Shown in pieces: positions 18,628 to 28,743 of a stretch of DNA of 39,706 bases. Source of the DNA: Bacteroidales bacterium (GTDB lineage Bacteria; Bacteroidota; Bacteroidia; Bacteroidales; JAADGE01); assembly GCA_029934705.1 (NCBI GenBank), contig JAOZLS010000003.1:1-39706 (forward strand). The letters are read 5' to 3'. Positions within the stretch are counted from its first letter, which is position 1. Each line of letters starts with the position of its first letter. The notes below the pieces were generated by a model. It saw nothing but the letters and a program-made list of their open reading frames with translations. It searched no databases and was not told the origin of the DNA. A program made the translations under genes and the position numbers.

Positions 18628-18648
18628 TCGTTAAATTAAAAATATACT

Positions 18649-19230
18649 ATGTACGAATTTATTTCAGGAAAATTTACAGAAAAAAAACCAACTTTTGTCG
18701 TTATTGAAAATAATGGTATAGGTTATTTCGTTAATATCTCATTATTTACAAATGCTAAAATAGAAAACATTGAAAATGGTACATTATATATACATCAAGT
18801 TTTAAAAGAAGACTCAAGTTCTTTCTATGGTTTTTTTGACAAAAGTGAACGACAAATATTTAGACTATTAATCTCAGTTTCAGGCATTGGTGCTAATACT
18901 GGAAGACTAATGCTATCATCACTTAGTCCCGAAGAAATAAAAAATGCTATACAAACAGACAATGTAAATTTAATAAAAAGCGTTAAAGGAATTGGGGTAA
19001 AAACTGCACAAAGAGTAATTCTTGATTTAAGAGATAAAATAGATAAGACAGAAATAGAAGGAGGAACAGTCTCAATTATAGATAATTCTAAAAAAGAAGA
19101 GGCATTATCAGCACTTATTATGCTAGGCTTTGCTAAAAAAATTGCAGAAAAGCATATAGATAATATAATTAAAGAAAATCCAGATATTAATATTGAAAAT
19201 ATTGTGAAATTATCATTAAAAACTTTATAA
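18649..19230 (+). CDS. ruvA: Holliday junction branch migration protein RuvA
   Basis: GIGY, LISVSGIG, KGIGVKTAQRVILDL (HhH motifs), EALSALIMLGF. Confidence 0.96.
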   Translation: MYEFISGKFTEKKPTFVVIENNGIGYFVNISLFTNAKIENIENGTLYIHQVLKEDSSSFYGFFDKSERQIFRLLISVSGIGANTGRLMLSSLSPEEIKNAIQTDNVNLIKSVKGIGVKTAQRVILDLRDKIDKTEIEGGTVSIIDNSKKEEALSALIMLGFAKKIAEKHIDNIIKENPDINIENIVKLSLKTL

Positions 19231-19316
19231 ATACTTTTAATAATACACAAAACTTCTAATTTTGCCTATGAATAAACTTTACGTAAATTAATAAAAACAT
19301 AAACCTACAATATCAA

Positions 19317-22300
19317 GTGAGAAATTATAGTAAAGACTTATTGAACTTAACAGCCATAGCTTTAATATTTATAACCGTTGTTTCGTTTAGCTCAAGCCCG
19401 TCTGGAATAACTATGTCCGAATTTGAATTCGGCGTTAACGATACTATCGTTGACGATTCTACATTATTATTCCCTTTTAATGACTATACAAATACGCCAG
19501 CAATAGTATCTTATCAATCGCCATTATTTTTAAATAATCCTGAAAATATTAGCTCTACTGTTGTTTACGACTCAAAAACCAACAAGTTTGTATTTTACGA
19601 CAAAATAGGCAATTTTAATTACAGAAACCCATACTACATGAGTGCCGACGAATACTTTGACTACAAAATGAAGAAATCGACACAGGAATATTGGATGGAA
19701 CGCTCGTCTCTTGAAACAACAAGAGATGGAAACAGCCTAGTTGACAAACTTGTAAACCAAAGTTTAATTGTTCCACTAAAAGGTTTTGAAGACATATTTG
19801 GAAGTAATGTTATAAACATAAAACCTCAAGGAAATGCCGAACTTATTTTTGGTTTAAACATTTCGAAAGTTGAAAATCATACATTACCAGAAAATCTTCA
19901 GAAAAATGTAACATTTGCCTTCGATATGAAAATAAAGATGGGCGTTAGCGGACAAATTGGCGACAAACTAAAAATGGGTATAAATTATGATACCGAAGCA
20001 ACTTTTGAATTTGAAAATAACATAAAACTTGCCTACGAAGGAAAAGAAGACGAGATTTTACAAAAAATTGAAGCAGGAAACGTATCAATGCCACTCACAG
20101 GAACTCTTATTACTGGAAGCAGTAGCCTTTGGGGAATTAAAACTGAACTTAAATTTGGTAAACTTACCGTAACAACTGTTCTTTCTCAGCAAAAAGGCGA
20201 AATACAAACAATTGAGGTTGAAGGCGGTGCATCAACTACTCCTTATGAAATTACTGCCGACAAATACGAAGCTAATAAGCATTATTTCTTAGCACAATAT
20301 TTTAGAGACCACTACAACTCAGCTCTTGAAAATCTTCCTATAATTAGGTCAAACATAACTATTACAAAGGTAGAAGTTTGGGTAACAAATAGAAGTGGAA
20401 ACTTTGAAAACTCTAGAAACATTGCTGCATTTATTGATTTAGGAGAAGCCCAACAGCACATTCACTCCCCAGAAAACTTTACAGGTGGAGGAATGTATCC
20501 CGACAATGCTACAAACAATCTTTATAACCAAATGATTACATCTTATAGTGGAATTAGAGATATAAACACTATAAGTTCAACTCTTACATCTTTACCTAAT
20601 TTTCATCAAGGCGAAGATTATGAAAAAGTTCAAAATGCAAGACTTCTTAATCAGTCAGAATACACACTAAACCCTAACTTAGGATATATATCATTAAACT
20701 CATCACTAAATAATGACGAAGTTTTAGCAGTTTCCTACGAATTTAATGCTGGAGGACAAACATACAGAGTTGGTGAATTTTCAAACGAAACACCTCCTGC
20801 CCCTGAGACATTAATTCTTAAACTAATAAAACCTACAACTTTATCAACAGAACTTCCTACTTGGAACTTAATGATGAAAAATGTTTATGCCATAAATGCA
20901 TATCAAATTAATAGTGAAAACTTCACTTTTGATGTTATGTATAGAGACGATAAAACAGGATCATCTCTAAATTATATTCCTGCTGGCGAAATTAATGGTA
21001 AAATATTACTAAGCGTTCTAAGACTCGACAACTTAAATAAAAATAACGAAGCTGGTGCCGACGGCTTTTTCGATTTTATTGATAAAATAACAATTAATGC
21101 AACAAATGGTAAAATATATTTCCCAGTACTTGAGCCTTTTGGCGAGTATTTAAGAGATAAAATAACAGGAGGTACTACCAGCAATCCTGAACTTAACCGA
21201 ATTGCAGACCAATACGTTTTTGAAGAATTATATACAAAAACACAAAGTCAAGCACAACAAATTGCTGAAAAAAATAAATTTTTCTTCAAAGGCTCATATC
21301 GTTCCGCTGGAGGTTCCGACATAAACCTAAATGCAATGAATGTACCCGAAGGCTCGGTAAAAGTTACTGCTGGAGGTAGAGAATTACAAGAAAACACAGA
21401 CTATACTGTAGATTATAACTTAGGGCGAGTATCAATACTAAACCAAAGTTTGCTTGAGTCAGGAACTCCAATTAAAATATCCTTAGAAAGTAACTCAATG
21501 TTCAATATTGGAACAAAATCGTTAATAGGAACACACCTCGATTATCGTTTTTCTGAAAAATTTAATATTGGAGCTACAGTAATGCACCTTAATCAAAAAC
21601 CTTTAACATCAAAAGTAAACATCGGAAACGAACCAATATCAAATACAATATGGGGAACCGATATTAACTATAATCAAGAAGTTCCTTTCTTTACAAATTT
21701 AGTAGATAAAATACCTTTTATTCAAACTAAAGAAATGTCAGTTTTTGATTTTAGTGGAGAATTTGCTCAACTAATTCCTGGACATCCTAAAATTGTGGGA
21801 GAAGAAGGCTTTGCTCATATTGATGATTTTGAAGCAACAAAAACAACTATCGACTTAAAAACACCATCGAGCTGGTACTTGGCAAGTACACCTCAAGGTC
21901 AATCAGATTTATTTCCCGAAGCAGATTCAACAAATGCTCTTTCCTACGGATTTAATCGTGCTAAACTTGCTTGGTACACAATTAATCCTGATTTTTTAAG
22001 AAACACAGCCTCTGTTCCCGACTATATTACAACCGACGACCAGTCTGACCACAGAGTTAGAGAAGTTATGGAACAAGAACTTTTTCCAGACAGAGATCCT
22101 CTACACGGAGTACCGCCTGTAATTTCTGTTTTAAACTTAGCATACTATCCTAAAGAAAAAGGACCTTACAATTACGACACAGAAGGAATGCCTGGAATAT
22201 CAGCTGGTATTGATCAAAACGGAGAACTAAACCAGCCAGACACTAGATGGGGTGGTATAATGAGAAGTCTTATTACAAACGACTTTGAAGATGCAAACAT

Positions 22301-25300
22301 CGAATTTATAGAATTTTGGGTTATGGATCCATTTATTTATGATGACAACCAAACTGGTGGCGATGTATATTTTAATCTAGGAAATGTTTCAGAAGATATA
22401 CTAAAAGACTCCAGACAATCTTTTGAGAATGGACTACCAACTGGCTCTTTAATTGATGATGTTGATACTACTGTTTGGGGACGTGTACCTATTCTTCCTA
22501 GAATAACAGAAGGCTTTGCCAACGAACCTGTTAATGCTCGTGAATTTCAGGACACTGGACTCGATGGACTAGCAAATGCTGACGAACAATCATTTTTTGC
22601 TTCATACTTAAATAAAATATCATCAATGCATGGTATAAACTCTCCTGCATACACAAAAGCTGCAGCAGACCCTTCAAGTGATGATTATCGATTTTTCAAA
22701 GCTCCAGCCTTTGATGACGAACAGGCTTCAATAATGCAAAGATATAAGCAATTTAATAGCATGGAGCGAAACTCCTCTATTGCAAGTACTGGAGGCAATA
22801 CCATGTCAGCAGGCACACAACTTCCAGACATGGAGGATATTAATAGAGACTATACTTTAAGTGAAACAGAAACTTACTTTCAATACAAGTTGCATTTAGT
22901 ACCAGAAGAAATGGAAATTGGTAAGAATTTCATTACAGATATTAAAGAAAGTACCGTAAAACTTAAAAATGATAATAAAGAAACAGTAAAATGGTATCAT
23001 TTTAAAGTACCAATTAAAGAATACGAAAAAAGTGTAGGAACAATTCAAGACTTTAAATCTATTAGATTTATGAGACTTTTTATGCACGGATGGGACGAAG
23101 ATATTGTTCTTAGATTTGCTGAATTAAATTTAGTTCGTGGCGAATGGAGAAAATATACGGCATCCATGCTAGAAGGAACAGAAGGCACAGGTGTTGGTGA
23201 AATTACCGATGCTCATTTTGACATTTCAGCTGTAAATATTGAAGAAAACACTTATCGCCAGCCAATTAACTACATAATGCCTCCAGAAATAACAAGAGAA
23301 ATTTCTCCCGACCAGCCTCAACTTAGAGAGCTTAACGAGCAAGCCATTGTTCTTAAAGTCCTTGATTTAGATGATGGAGATGCACGTGCTGCCTACAAAA
23401 ACGCAGCCTTAGATGTAAGGCAATTTAAACGGCTTCAAATGTTTATACATGCCGAAGCTGTTGACGATGAAATACTAAATGATGGCGACCTATGTGCTTT
23501 TATTCGATTAGGCTCTGATTATCAAGAAAATTATTACGAATACGAAGTACCACTTACTGTTACCGAACACGGTTGGTATGATAAAGAAACTGAAAACGAA
23601 CTTGTATGGCCAACGGATAACATGATGAATATTGAGTTTGAAATACTTCAGCGTGTTAAGCAAAATAGAAATAATAAAATAAGAGAAGTTGGAGCAACAC
23701 TGCAAACAAGCTCTGTTTATAGCGAAGTTATTGATACTTATGGAAGAACTGTAAGCATTATTGGAAACCCAAATCTTAGCAATGTTAGGACAATAATGAT
23801 TGGTATAAGAAACCGTAGTCAAGACTCAAACCCATTAGAAGATGATGGAATGCCAAAGTCGGTAGAAGTCTGGATGAATGAGCTACGACTAACAGAATTT
23901 AATGAAGATGGTGGTTGGGCTTCGCAAGCTCGAATGTCTCTAAGACTTGCCGATTTTTCAAATATTGCAATTGAAGGTAATATTAGTACCCCAGGTTTTG
24001 GTAGTATTGAAAAAAGAGTTAGCGAAAGACAAAAATCTACCGATTATGGCTACAGTATGTCATCAAGTTTTGAACTTGGTAAATTCTTTCCTAAAAAATA
24101 TAATGTAAGAGTTCCATTATACTTTGCTTACTCTGAAACCTTTAGTAATCCACAATACAACCCATTAGATCCTGACATATTACTTAGTACAACCTTGTCG
24201 GATCCAACTTATTCGCAAGCAGAAAAAGATTCTATATTAAGAATATCACAAGATTACGTTAAACGAAAAAGTTTTAATGTTACGAATATGAAAATTGGTG
24301 GTAATTCTGAAAAGAAACCTAAAAAAGTTGCCGAAAATAAAAAAAGTAATGGAAAAGGAAGACTTCCTAATAAAAATAAAAATAAACCTTTTTATCATGT
24401 TTCAAATTGGAGTGCTAGTTATGGCTACAACGAATTATTTATAAGAAACATTAATACTGAGCATAACTTAATGAAAATATATACTGGTGGAATTTCGTAT
24501 AACTACAATATTTCGCCTAAAAATATTGCTCCATTTAAAAGAGTTAAGCTATTTAAGAAAAAAGCTTTTAAACTTGTAAAAGATTTTAACTTTTACTATG
24601 CTCCATCTATGTTATCTTTCCGTAACGATGTTAGAAAATCTTATAACGAAATTCAACTTAGAAATGTAGAACAGCAAGGAATGTATATTCCTCCAACTTT
24701 TGATAAACAATTTACATGGCAGCGAACCTACGATTTAAGATATAATCTTACTAGAGACTTAAAATTTACATACAGTGCAACAAATGCCTCTTGGGTTGAA
24801 GAACCTTATGGAAGAATTGATAAAGAAGACCCATTATACGAGCAAAAAGTAGATACAATTTGGAATAGCCTACAAAATCTTGGAAAAACAACAGATTATA
24901 GGCAAAAAGTTCAACTTAGTTGGAGAATTCCTATAAATAAACTTCCTTTTTTAGACTGGACATCGGCAAATGCAAAGTATGGAGCAGACTATTTTTGGAC
25001 TTACACTCCTCAACCTGCTGATTCAACAATAAACTTAGGAAATAACATCCGAAATGCTCAAAACATACAGCTTTCGGGGCAACTAAACATGACTAAGCTA
25101 TACACGAAAATAAAATACTTAAAAGAAGTTGATAACAAGTTTAAGAAAAACAAGAAGAATAAGAAGAAGAAATTTAAAGATGTAAAATTTGAAGTAGCAA
25201 ACATAAAATTAAAAGAAAATAGAGCAAAAACTATTACTCACAATCTCAGAACAATTGATGTTACAGCAAAAGTTGTTGATGGACAAGGAAAAGTAGTTGC

Positions 25301-26846
25301 TGGAGAAACAGAAATTGTAAGTGAAAATAAAATAAAATTCACGCCAGACTCTACTCATAAAGATGTAAAAATAGTAGTTAGTGGAAAACGTGAAGTAAAA
25401 GACAATGCTCTAAAAATAATTTCAGATTATACACTATATTCATTAATGTCGGTAAGAAACATTTCGCTAACATATACCGAGAACAACGGAACAATAGTTC
25501 CAGGCTATCTACCTAAAACAAAATATTTAGGAATGGATGAAAGCTGGATTGCTCCTGGTTGGGAATTTATTGGCGGTATTCAGAATAATGAATTCGGACG
25601 ACTGGCAGCCGAAAGTGGCTGGTTATCAGGCGATACTTTAATTAATTCTCCAATAATTACAAATAATGAAGCCTCATATAATTTTAAAGCAACAATTAAA
25701 CCACTAAAAGGACTAAGAATTGATGTTACAGCAAATATGAGAACTAGTCAAACACGTAATGAGTATTGGGTATCAAGAGATGGTGGGTTTAATTCAGAAA
25801 ACCAATATTATCAAGGAAACTTTTCGATGACAACCCTTTCGATAAAAACAGCATTTTGGGGTATTAACGATTCAACTTATGAATCTCAGGCTTATGATAC
25901 ATTCCTTGAAAACAGGCAAATTATTGCTGGAAGAATTGCAAACGACAGGTATAATTTAATAGGAACATCTTATAACCCTGGTGATATACTAATAAACCCA
26001 GCTACTGGAGACACGCTTAGTTCTAGCTACCCTAACGGTTACAGTGCTACTTCGCAAGAAGTATTGCTTCCTGCTTTTTTAGCTGCTTACACAGGGCAAA
26101 GTGCATCGGATATTTCAACAAGCGCATTCCCTAAACTTCCTCTTCCAAACTGGAGATTAAAATACGATGGACTTACTTATTTTGATGCTGTTAAAAAGGT
26201 ATTTAAAAAGGTAATTTTAAATCATGGATATACCTCTAGCTATAGAGTAAACTCATATAGTACAAACTCTGGCTATAATTTTGAAGAACAACAGCAAATA
26301 GGTATGAGTTTTGAAAGAGATGAACTTAGTCAAATGTTTATCCCAGAATTCCAATTAGATGGAATTGCTATTGATGAAAAATTTGTTCCACTCTTTGGAC
26401 TCGATTTAACATTGAAAAATGATATGTCAACAAAATTAGAATATAAACAAGCTAGAAATATTGCACTTAGTTTTGCAAACAATCAAATTTTAGAAGCCCG
26501 AAGTAAAGAATACACTATTGGAGTTGGATATAAAATTCCTAATTTAGAAATACCACTTAGTATAGGAGGAAACCAACAACTATTTAAAAGCGACTTAAAT
26601 TTGCGTGTTGACCTTACTTACAGAGATATGCTAACAATTGTTAGAAGGATAAACGAAGCAGACAACCAACTATCGGCAGGACAAAAGAACTTTTCGTTAA
26701 AATTTAATGCCGATTATAATCTTGATAAAGTAACAATTAGAATTTTTTATGATCAAGTAATTAATACTCCTAGAGTTTCAACTTCATACAGAACATCTAA
26801 TACAAAAGTTGGCTTTAGCATAAGGTTTAATCTTGCTTCCATATAA
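19317..26846 (+). CDS. sprA: Type IX secretion system translocon SprA/Sov
   Basis: 2509 aa; NYDTEATFEFEN, KIEAGNVSMPL, VWMNELRL motifs; C-terminal beta-strand; conserved ruvA-sprA-gcvH order; GTG start. Confidence 0.95.
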   Translation: MRNYSKDLLNLTAIALIFITVVSFSSSPSGITMSEFEFGVNDTIVDDSTLLFPFNDYTNTPAIVSYQSPLFLNNPENISSTVVYDSKTNKFVFYDKIGNFNYRNPYYMSADEYFDYKMKKSTQEYWMERSSLETTRDGNSLVDKLVNQSLIVPLKGFEDIFGSNVINIKPQGNAELIFGLNISKVENHTLPENLQKNVTFAFDMKIKMGVSGQIGDKLKMGINYDTEATFEFENNIKLAYEGKEDEILQKIEAGNVSMPLTGTLITGSSSLWGIKTELKFGKLTVTTVLSQQKGEIQTIEVEGGASTTPYEITADKYEANKHYFLAQYFRDHYNSALENLPIIRSNITITKVEVWVTNRSGNFENSRNIAAFIDLGEAQQHIHSPENFTGGGMYPDNATNNLYNQMITSYSGIRDINTISSTLTSLPNFHQGEDYEKVQNARLLNQSEYTLNPNLGYISLNSSLNNDEVLAVSYEFNAGGQTYRVGEFSNETPPAPETLILKLIKPTTLSTELPTWNLMMKNVYAINAYQINSENFTFDVMYRDDKTGSSLNYIPAGEINGKILLSVLRLDNLNKNNEAGADGFFDFIDKITINATNGKIYFPVLEPFGEYLRDKITGGTTSNPELNRIADQYVFEELYTKTQSQAQQIAEKNKFFFKGSYRSAGGSDINLNAMNVPEGSVKVTAGGRELQENTDYTVDYNLGRVSILNQSLLESGTPIKISLESNSMFNIGTKSLIGTHLDYRFSEKFNIGATVMHLNQKPLTSKVNIGNEPISNTIWGTDINYNQEVPFFTNLVDKIPFIQTKEMSVFDFSGEFAQLIPGHPKIVGEEGFAHIDDFEATKTTIDLKTPSSWYLASTPQGQSDLFPEADSTNALSYGFNRAKLAWYTINPDFLRNTASVPDYITTDDQSDHRVREVMEQELFPDRDPLHGVPPVISVLNLAYYPKEKGPYNYDTEGMPGISAGIDQNGELNQPDTRWGGIMRSLITNDFEDANIEFIEFWVMDPFIYDDNQTGGDVYFNLGNVSEDILKDSRQSFENGLPTGSLIDDVDTTVWGRVPILPRITEGFANEPVNAREFQDTGLDGLANADEQSFFASYLNKISSMHGINSPAYTKAAADPSSDDYRFFKAPAFDDEQASIMQRYKQFNSMERNSSIASTGGNTMSAGTQLPDMEDINRDYTLSETETYFQYKLHLVPEEMEIGKNFITDIKESTVKLKNDNKETVKWYHFKVPIKEYEKSVGTIQDFKSIRFMRLFMHGWDEDIVLRFAELNLVRGEWRKYTASMLEGTEGTGVGEITDAHFDISAVNIEENTYRQPINYIMPPEITREISPDQPQLRELNEQAIVLKVLDLDDGDARAAYKNAALDVRQFKRLQMFIHAEAVDDEILNDGDLCAFIRLGSDYQENYYEYEVPLTVTEHGWYDKETENELVWPTDNMMNIEFEILQRVKQNRNNKIREVGATLQTSSVYSEVIDTYGRTVSIIGNPNLSNVRTIMIGIRNRSQDSNPLEDDGMPKSVEVWMNELRLTEFNEDGGWASQARMSLRLADFSNIAIEGNISTPGFGSIEKRVSERQKSTDYGYSMSSSFELGKFFPKKYNVRVPLYFAYSETFSNPQYNPLDPDILLSTTLSDPTYSQAEKDSILRISQDYVKRKSFNVTNMKIGGNSEKKPKKVAENKKSNGKGRLPNKNKNKPFYHVSNWSASYGYNELFIRNINTEHNLMKIYTGGISYNYNISPKNIAPFKRVKLFKKKAFKLVKDFNFYYAPSMLSFRNDVRKSYNEIQLRNVEQQGMYIPPTFDKQFTWQRTYDLRYNLTRDLKFTYSATNASWVEEPYGRIDKEDPLYEQKVDTIWNSLQNLGKTTDYRQKVQLSWRIPINKLPFLDWTSANAKYGADYFWTYTPQPADSTINLGNNIRNAQNIQLSGQLNMTKLYTKIKYLKEVDNKFKKNKKNKKKKFKDVKFEVANIKLKENRAKTITHNLRTIDVTAKVVDGQGKVVAGETEIVSENKIKFTPDSTHKDVKIVVSGKREVKDNALKIISDYTLYSLMSVRNISLTYTENNGTIVPGYLPKTKYLGMDESWIAPGWEFIGGIQNNEFGRLAAESGWLSGDTLINSPIITNNEASYNFKATIKPLKGLRIDVTANMRTSQTRNEYWVSRDGGFNSENQYYQGNFSMTTLSIKTAFWGINDSTYESQAYDTFLENRQIIAGRIANDRYNLIGTSYNPGDILINPATGDTLSSSYPNGYSATSQEVLLPAFLAAYTGQSASDISTSAFPKLPLPNWRLKYDGLTYFDAVKKVFKKVILNHGYTSSYRVNSYSTNSGYNFEEQQQIGMSFERDELSQMFIPEFQLDGIAIDEKFVPLFGLDLTLKNDMSTKLEYKQARNIALSFANNQILEARSKEYTIGVGYKIPNLEIPLSIGGNQQLFKSDLNLRVDLTYRDMLTIVRRINEADNQLSAGQKNFSLKFNADYNLDKVTIRIFYDQVINTPRVSTSYRTSNTKVGFSIRFNLASI

Positions 26847-26920
26847 GTAGCAAGTCATACTTAATGTTTTTGAACATAATAAAAATTGCATGAAAAGTTT
26901 TTTAAATATTGCATAAATAC

Positions 26921-26928
26921 TAAATTTG
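26921..26928 (+). promoter_or_regulatory. -7 element (TAAATTTG) for gcvH
   Basis: TAnnTTTG match upstream of the ATG. Confidence 0.5.
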
Positions 26929-26966
26929 TAAAAATACATATAACTAAATTTTAAAAAGAAATAACG

Positions 26967-27347
26967 ATGAGTGCACCTGAAAATTTAAAATACACAAAAG
27001 ACCACGAATGGGTACGTGTTGAAGGAAACGAAGCTTTCGTTGGAATTACTCAATTTGCTCAAGGCGAATTAGGCGACATAGTTTTTGTTGAAGTAGAAAC
27101 AGCTGGAGACGAACTAAAAGAAGGCGAAACGTTTGGAACTATTGAAGCAGTAAAAACTGTTTCGGATATGTTTATGCCAATTTCTGGTGAAGTGTTAGAA
27201 TTTAACGAGAAGTTAGAAGACACTCCCGAACTTATTAACAATAATCCTTATGGCGAAGGTTGGATTATTAAAATTGCAATTGCCGACCAAAGTGAATTAG
27301 ACACTTTACTTGACAGCAAACAATATGATGAACTAACAAATTCGTAA
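26967..27347 (+). CDS. gcvH: Glycine cleavage system H protein
   Basis: [15 protein letters not shown], lipoyl-Lys motif [15 protein letters not shown]. Confidence 0.97.
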   Translation: MSAPENLKYTKDHEWVRVEGNEAFVGITQFAQGELGDIVFVEVETAGDELKEGETFGTIEAVKTVSDMFMPISGEVLEFNEKLEDTPELINNNPYGEGWIIKIAIADQSELDTLLDSKQYDELTNS

Positions 27348-27362
27348 AGTATTATATTATAT

Positions 27363-27399
27363 AAAAAGAGAGTTTGAATTTATCAAGCTCTCTTTTTTT
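27363..27399. terminator. Bidirectional intrinsic terminator
   Basis: AAAAAGAGAGTTTGA-ATTTA-TCAAGCTCTCTTTTTTT between convergent genes. Confidence 0.8.
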
Positions 27400-27443
27400 A
27401 TAAACTATTTTTATACTAACATCAAGTATAATACCAAATTATA

Positions 27444-27737
27444 CTACAAACCCTTCCAGCCTTCTGCTTCTAATTTCATAAATTTAGCTTTTTCTTCTTC
27501 GCTCATTAGCACAGTTTCGTACTTAAATTTTATATCTAAATTCATAATTGGCTGCGAAACAGAAAATATTAAGTCATTTATAATTGGGATTTTTGGAAAT
27601 GGGAGTGCAAAAATAACTGTAGCTATATCATCTTCAACTATAATATCCTTTACTATACCTAAATTTACTAATGAATTATTAATTGCAGGGTGCATTACTC
27701 CTGAAATACTTTCTAAAATTTCTTCTTTTGTTTTCAT
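27444..27737 (-). CDS. DUF59 / Fe-S cluster assembly (SufT/MIP18-like) protein
   Basis: VMHPAINNSLVNLGIVKDI resembles the DUF59 DPE…IVDLG motif; the usual P-x-C-P Cys is absent (PFPKIP). Confidence 0.7.
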   Translation of the reverse strand: MKTKEEILESISGVMHPAINNSLVNLGIVKDIIVEDDIATVIFALPFPKIPIINDLIFSVSQPIMNLDIKFKYETVLMSEEEKAKFMKLEAEGWKGL

Positions 27738-27819
27738 AATTAATTTCGTTTTAACACTTTTTTTTCGTAAAATTGTTTAAGCTCAAATTTAGTAAAACAT
27801 ATCTATAAAACAGTATAAA

Positions 27820-28476
27820 ATGGAAAATTCTAAAAAAATTGCTTTAATTCTTTCAGGTTCGGGAGTTTATGATGGTACTGAAATACATGAAGCCACAATG
27901 ACAATGTATGCTATTGTAAAACAAGGTGGTGAATATCAGACATTTGCTCCAGATATAAAACAACATCATGTAATAAATCATATTACTGGCGAAGAAATGA
28001 ATGAGACAAGAAATGTGCTTATTGAATCGGCTCGTATTGCTCGTGGAAATATAAAAAACATTAACGAATTGGTTATTAATGATTTTGATGCAATAATGTT
28101 TCCTGGTGGCTTTGGTGTTGCTAAAAACTTATCGGATTTTGCTTTTAAAGGAGCCAATTGTACTGTTGTTTCTGAAATAGAGAAAGTAATAAAAGAAGCT
28201 GTTACTGCTAAAAAGCCAATTGGTGCTTTATGTATTTCACCTGCAATAATTGCTCGTGTTTTAGAGGGTGTTGAACTTACAATTGGGCAAGACGAAGGTA
28301 CTGCCAAGGCTATTGAAGCAATGGGAGGAAGACATAAAACAACAAACCACGGCGATGTAATTGTTGATACTAAATATAAAGTTGCTACAACTCCTTGCTA
28401 TATGCTTGATGCTACAATTACAGATATTGCTGATGGTGCAATTAATGTTACTAAAGCTGTTTTTGAAATGATGTAA
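27820..28476 (+). CDS. elbB: ElbB glyoxalase (DJ-1/PfpI superfamily)
   Basis: LSGSGVYDGTEIHEA, ESARIARG, PGGFGVAKNLS, CISP, TTPCYM. Confidence 0.93.
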   Translation: MENSKKIALILSGSGVYDGTEIHEATMTMYAIVKQGGEYQTFAPDIKQHHVINHITGEEMNETRNVLIESARIARGNIKNINELVINDFDAIMFPGGFGVAKNLSDFAFKGANCTVVSEIEKVIKEAVTAKKPIGALCISPAIIARVLEGVELTIGQDEGTAKAIEAMGGRHKTTNHGDVIVDTKYKVATTPCYMLDATITDIADGAINVTKAVFEMM

Positions 28477-28477
28477 A

Positions 28478-28512
28478 TAGATGCTAGATGTTAGACAATA
28501 GACATTAGATAA
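28478..28512 (+). repeat. Five degenerate tandem heptamers
   Basis: TAGATGC TAGATGT TAGACAA TAGACAT TAGATAA directly after the elbB stop. Confidence 0.75.
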
Positions 28513-28675
28513 AATGTGTGTTCTTGCCTCACTAACATACGAAACTTGATGCTTTTGTTTATCTGGTAATTCGTTTATTTGTTTATATCAATCTTGTATT
28601 AATAACTTGTTATATTGTTTTTTTACCTAAAATAAGTTAACTCTATTTTAGTGGAATTTAGTGAATTGTGAAGAC

Positions 28676-28714
28676 AAAAATACCAAAGCCTTCTTTTTAA
28701 ACGAAGGCTTTGGT
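28676..28714 (-). terminator. Intrinsic terminator
   Basis: ACCAAAGCCTTC-9nt-GAAGGCTTTGGT 12-bp stem downstream of the 1143-aa ORF. Confidence 0.75.
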
Positions 28715-28743
28715 GTTAATTTAGAAACATATATATATAAAAA

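Noticed and set aside
25140-25400. Lys-rich stretch and small beta-domain insert (THNL…DV) in SprA
   Set aside because: Similar inserts occur in Bacteroidales Sov/SprA as I recall; the frame is intact, with no intein or mobile-element signs.
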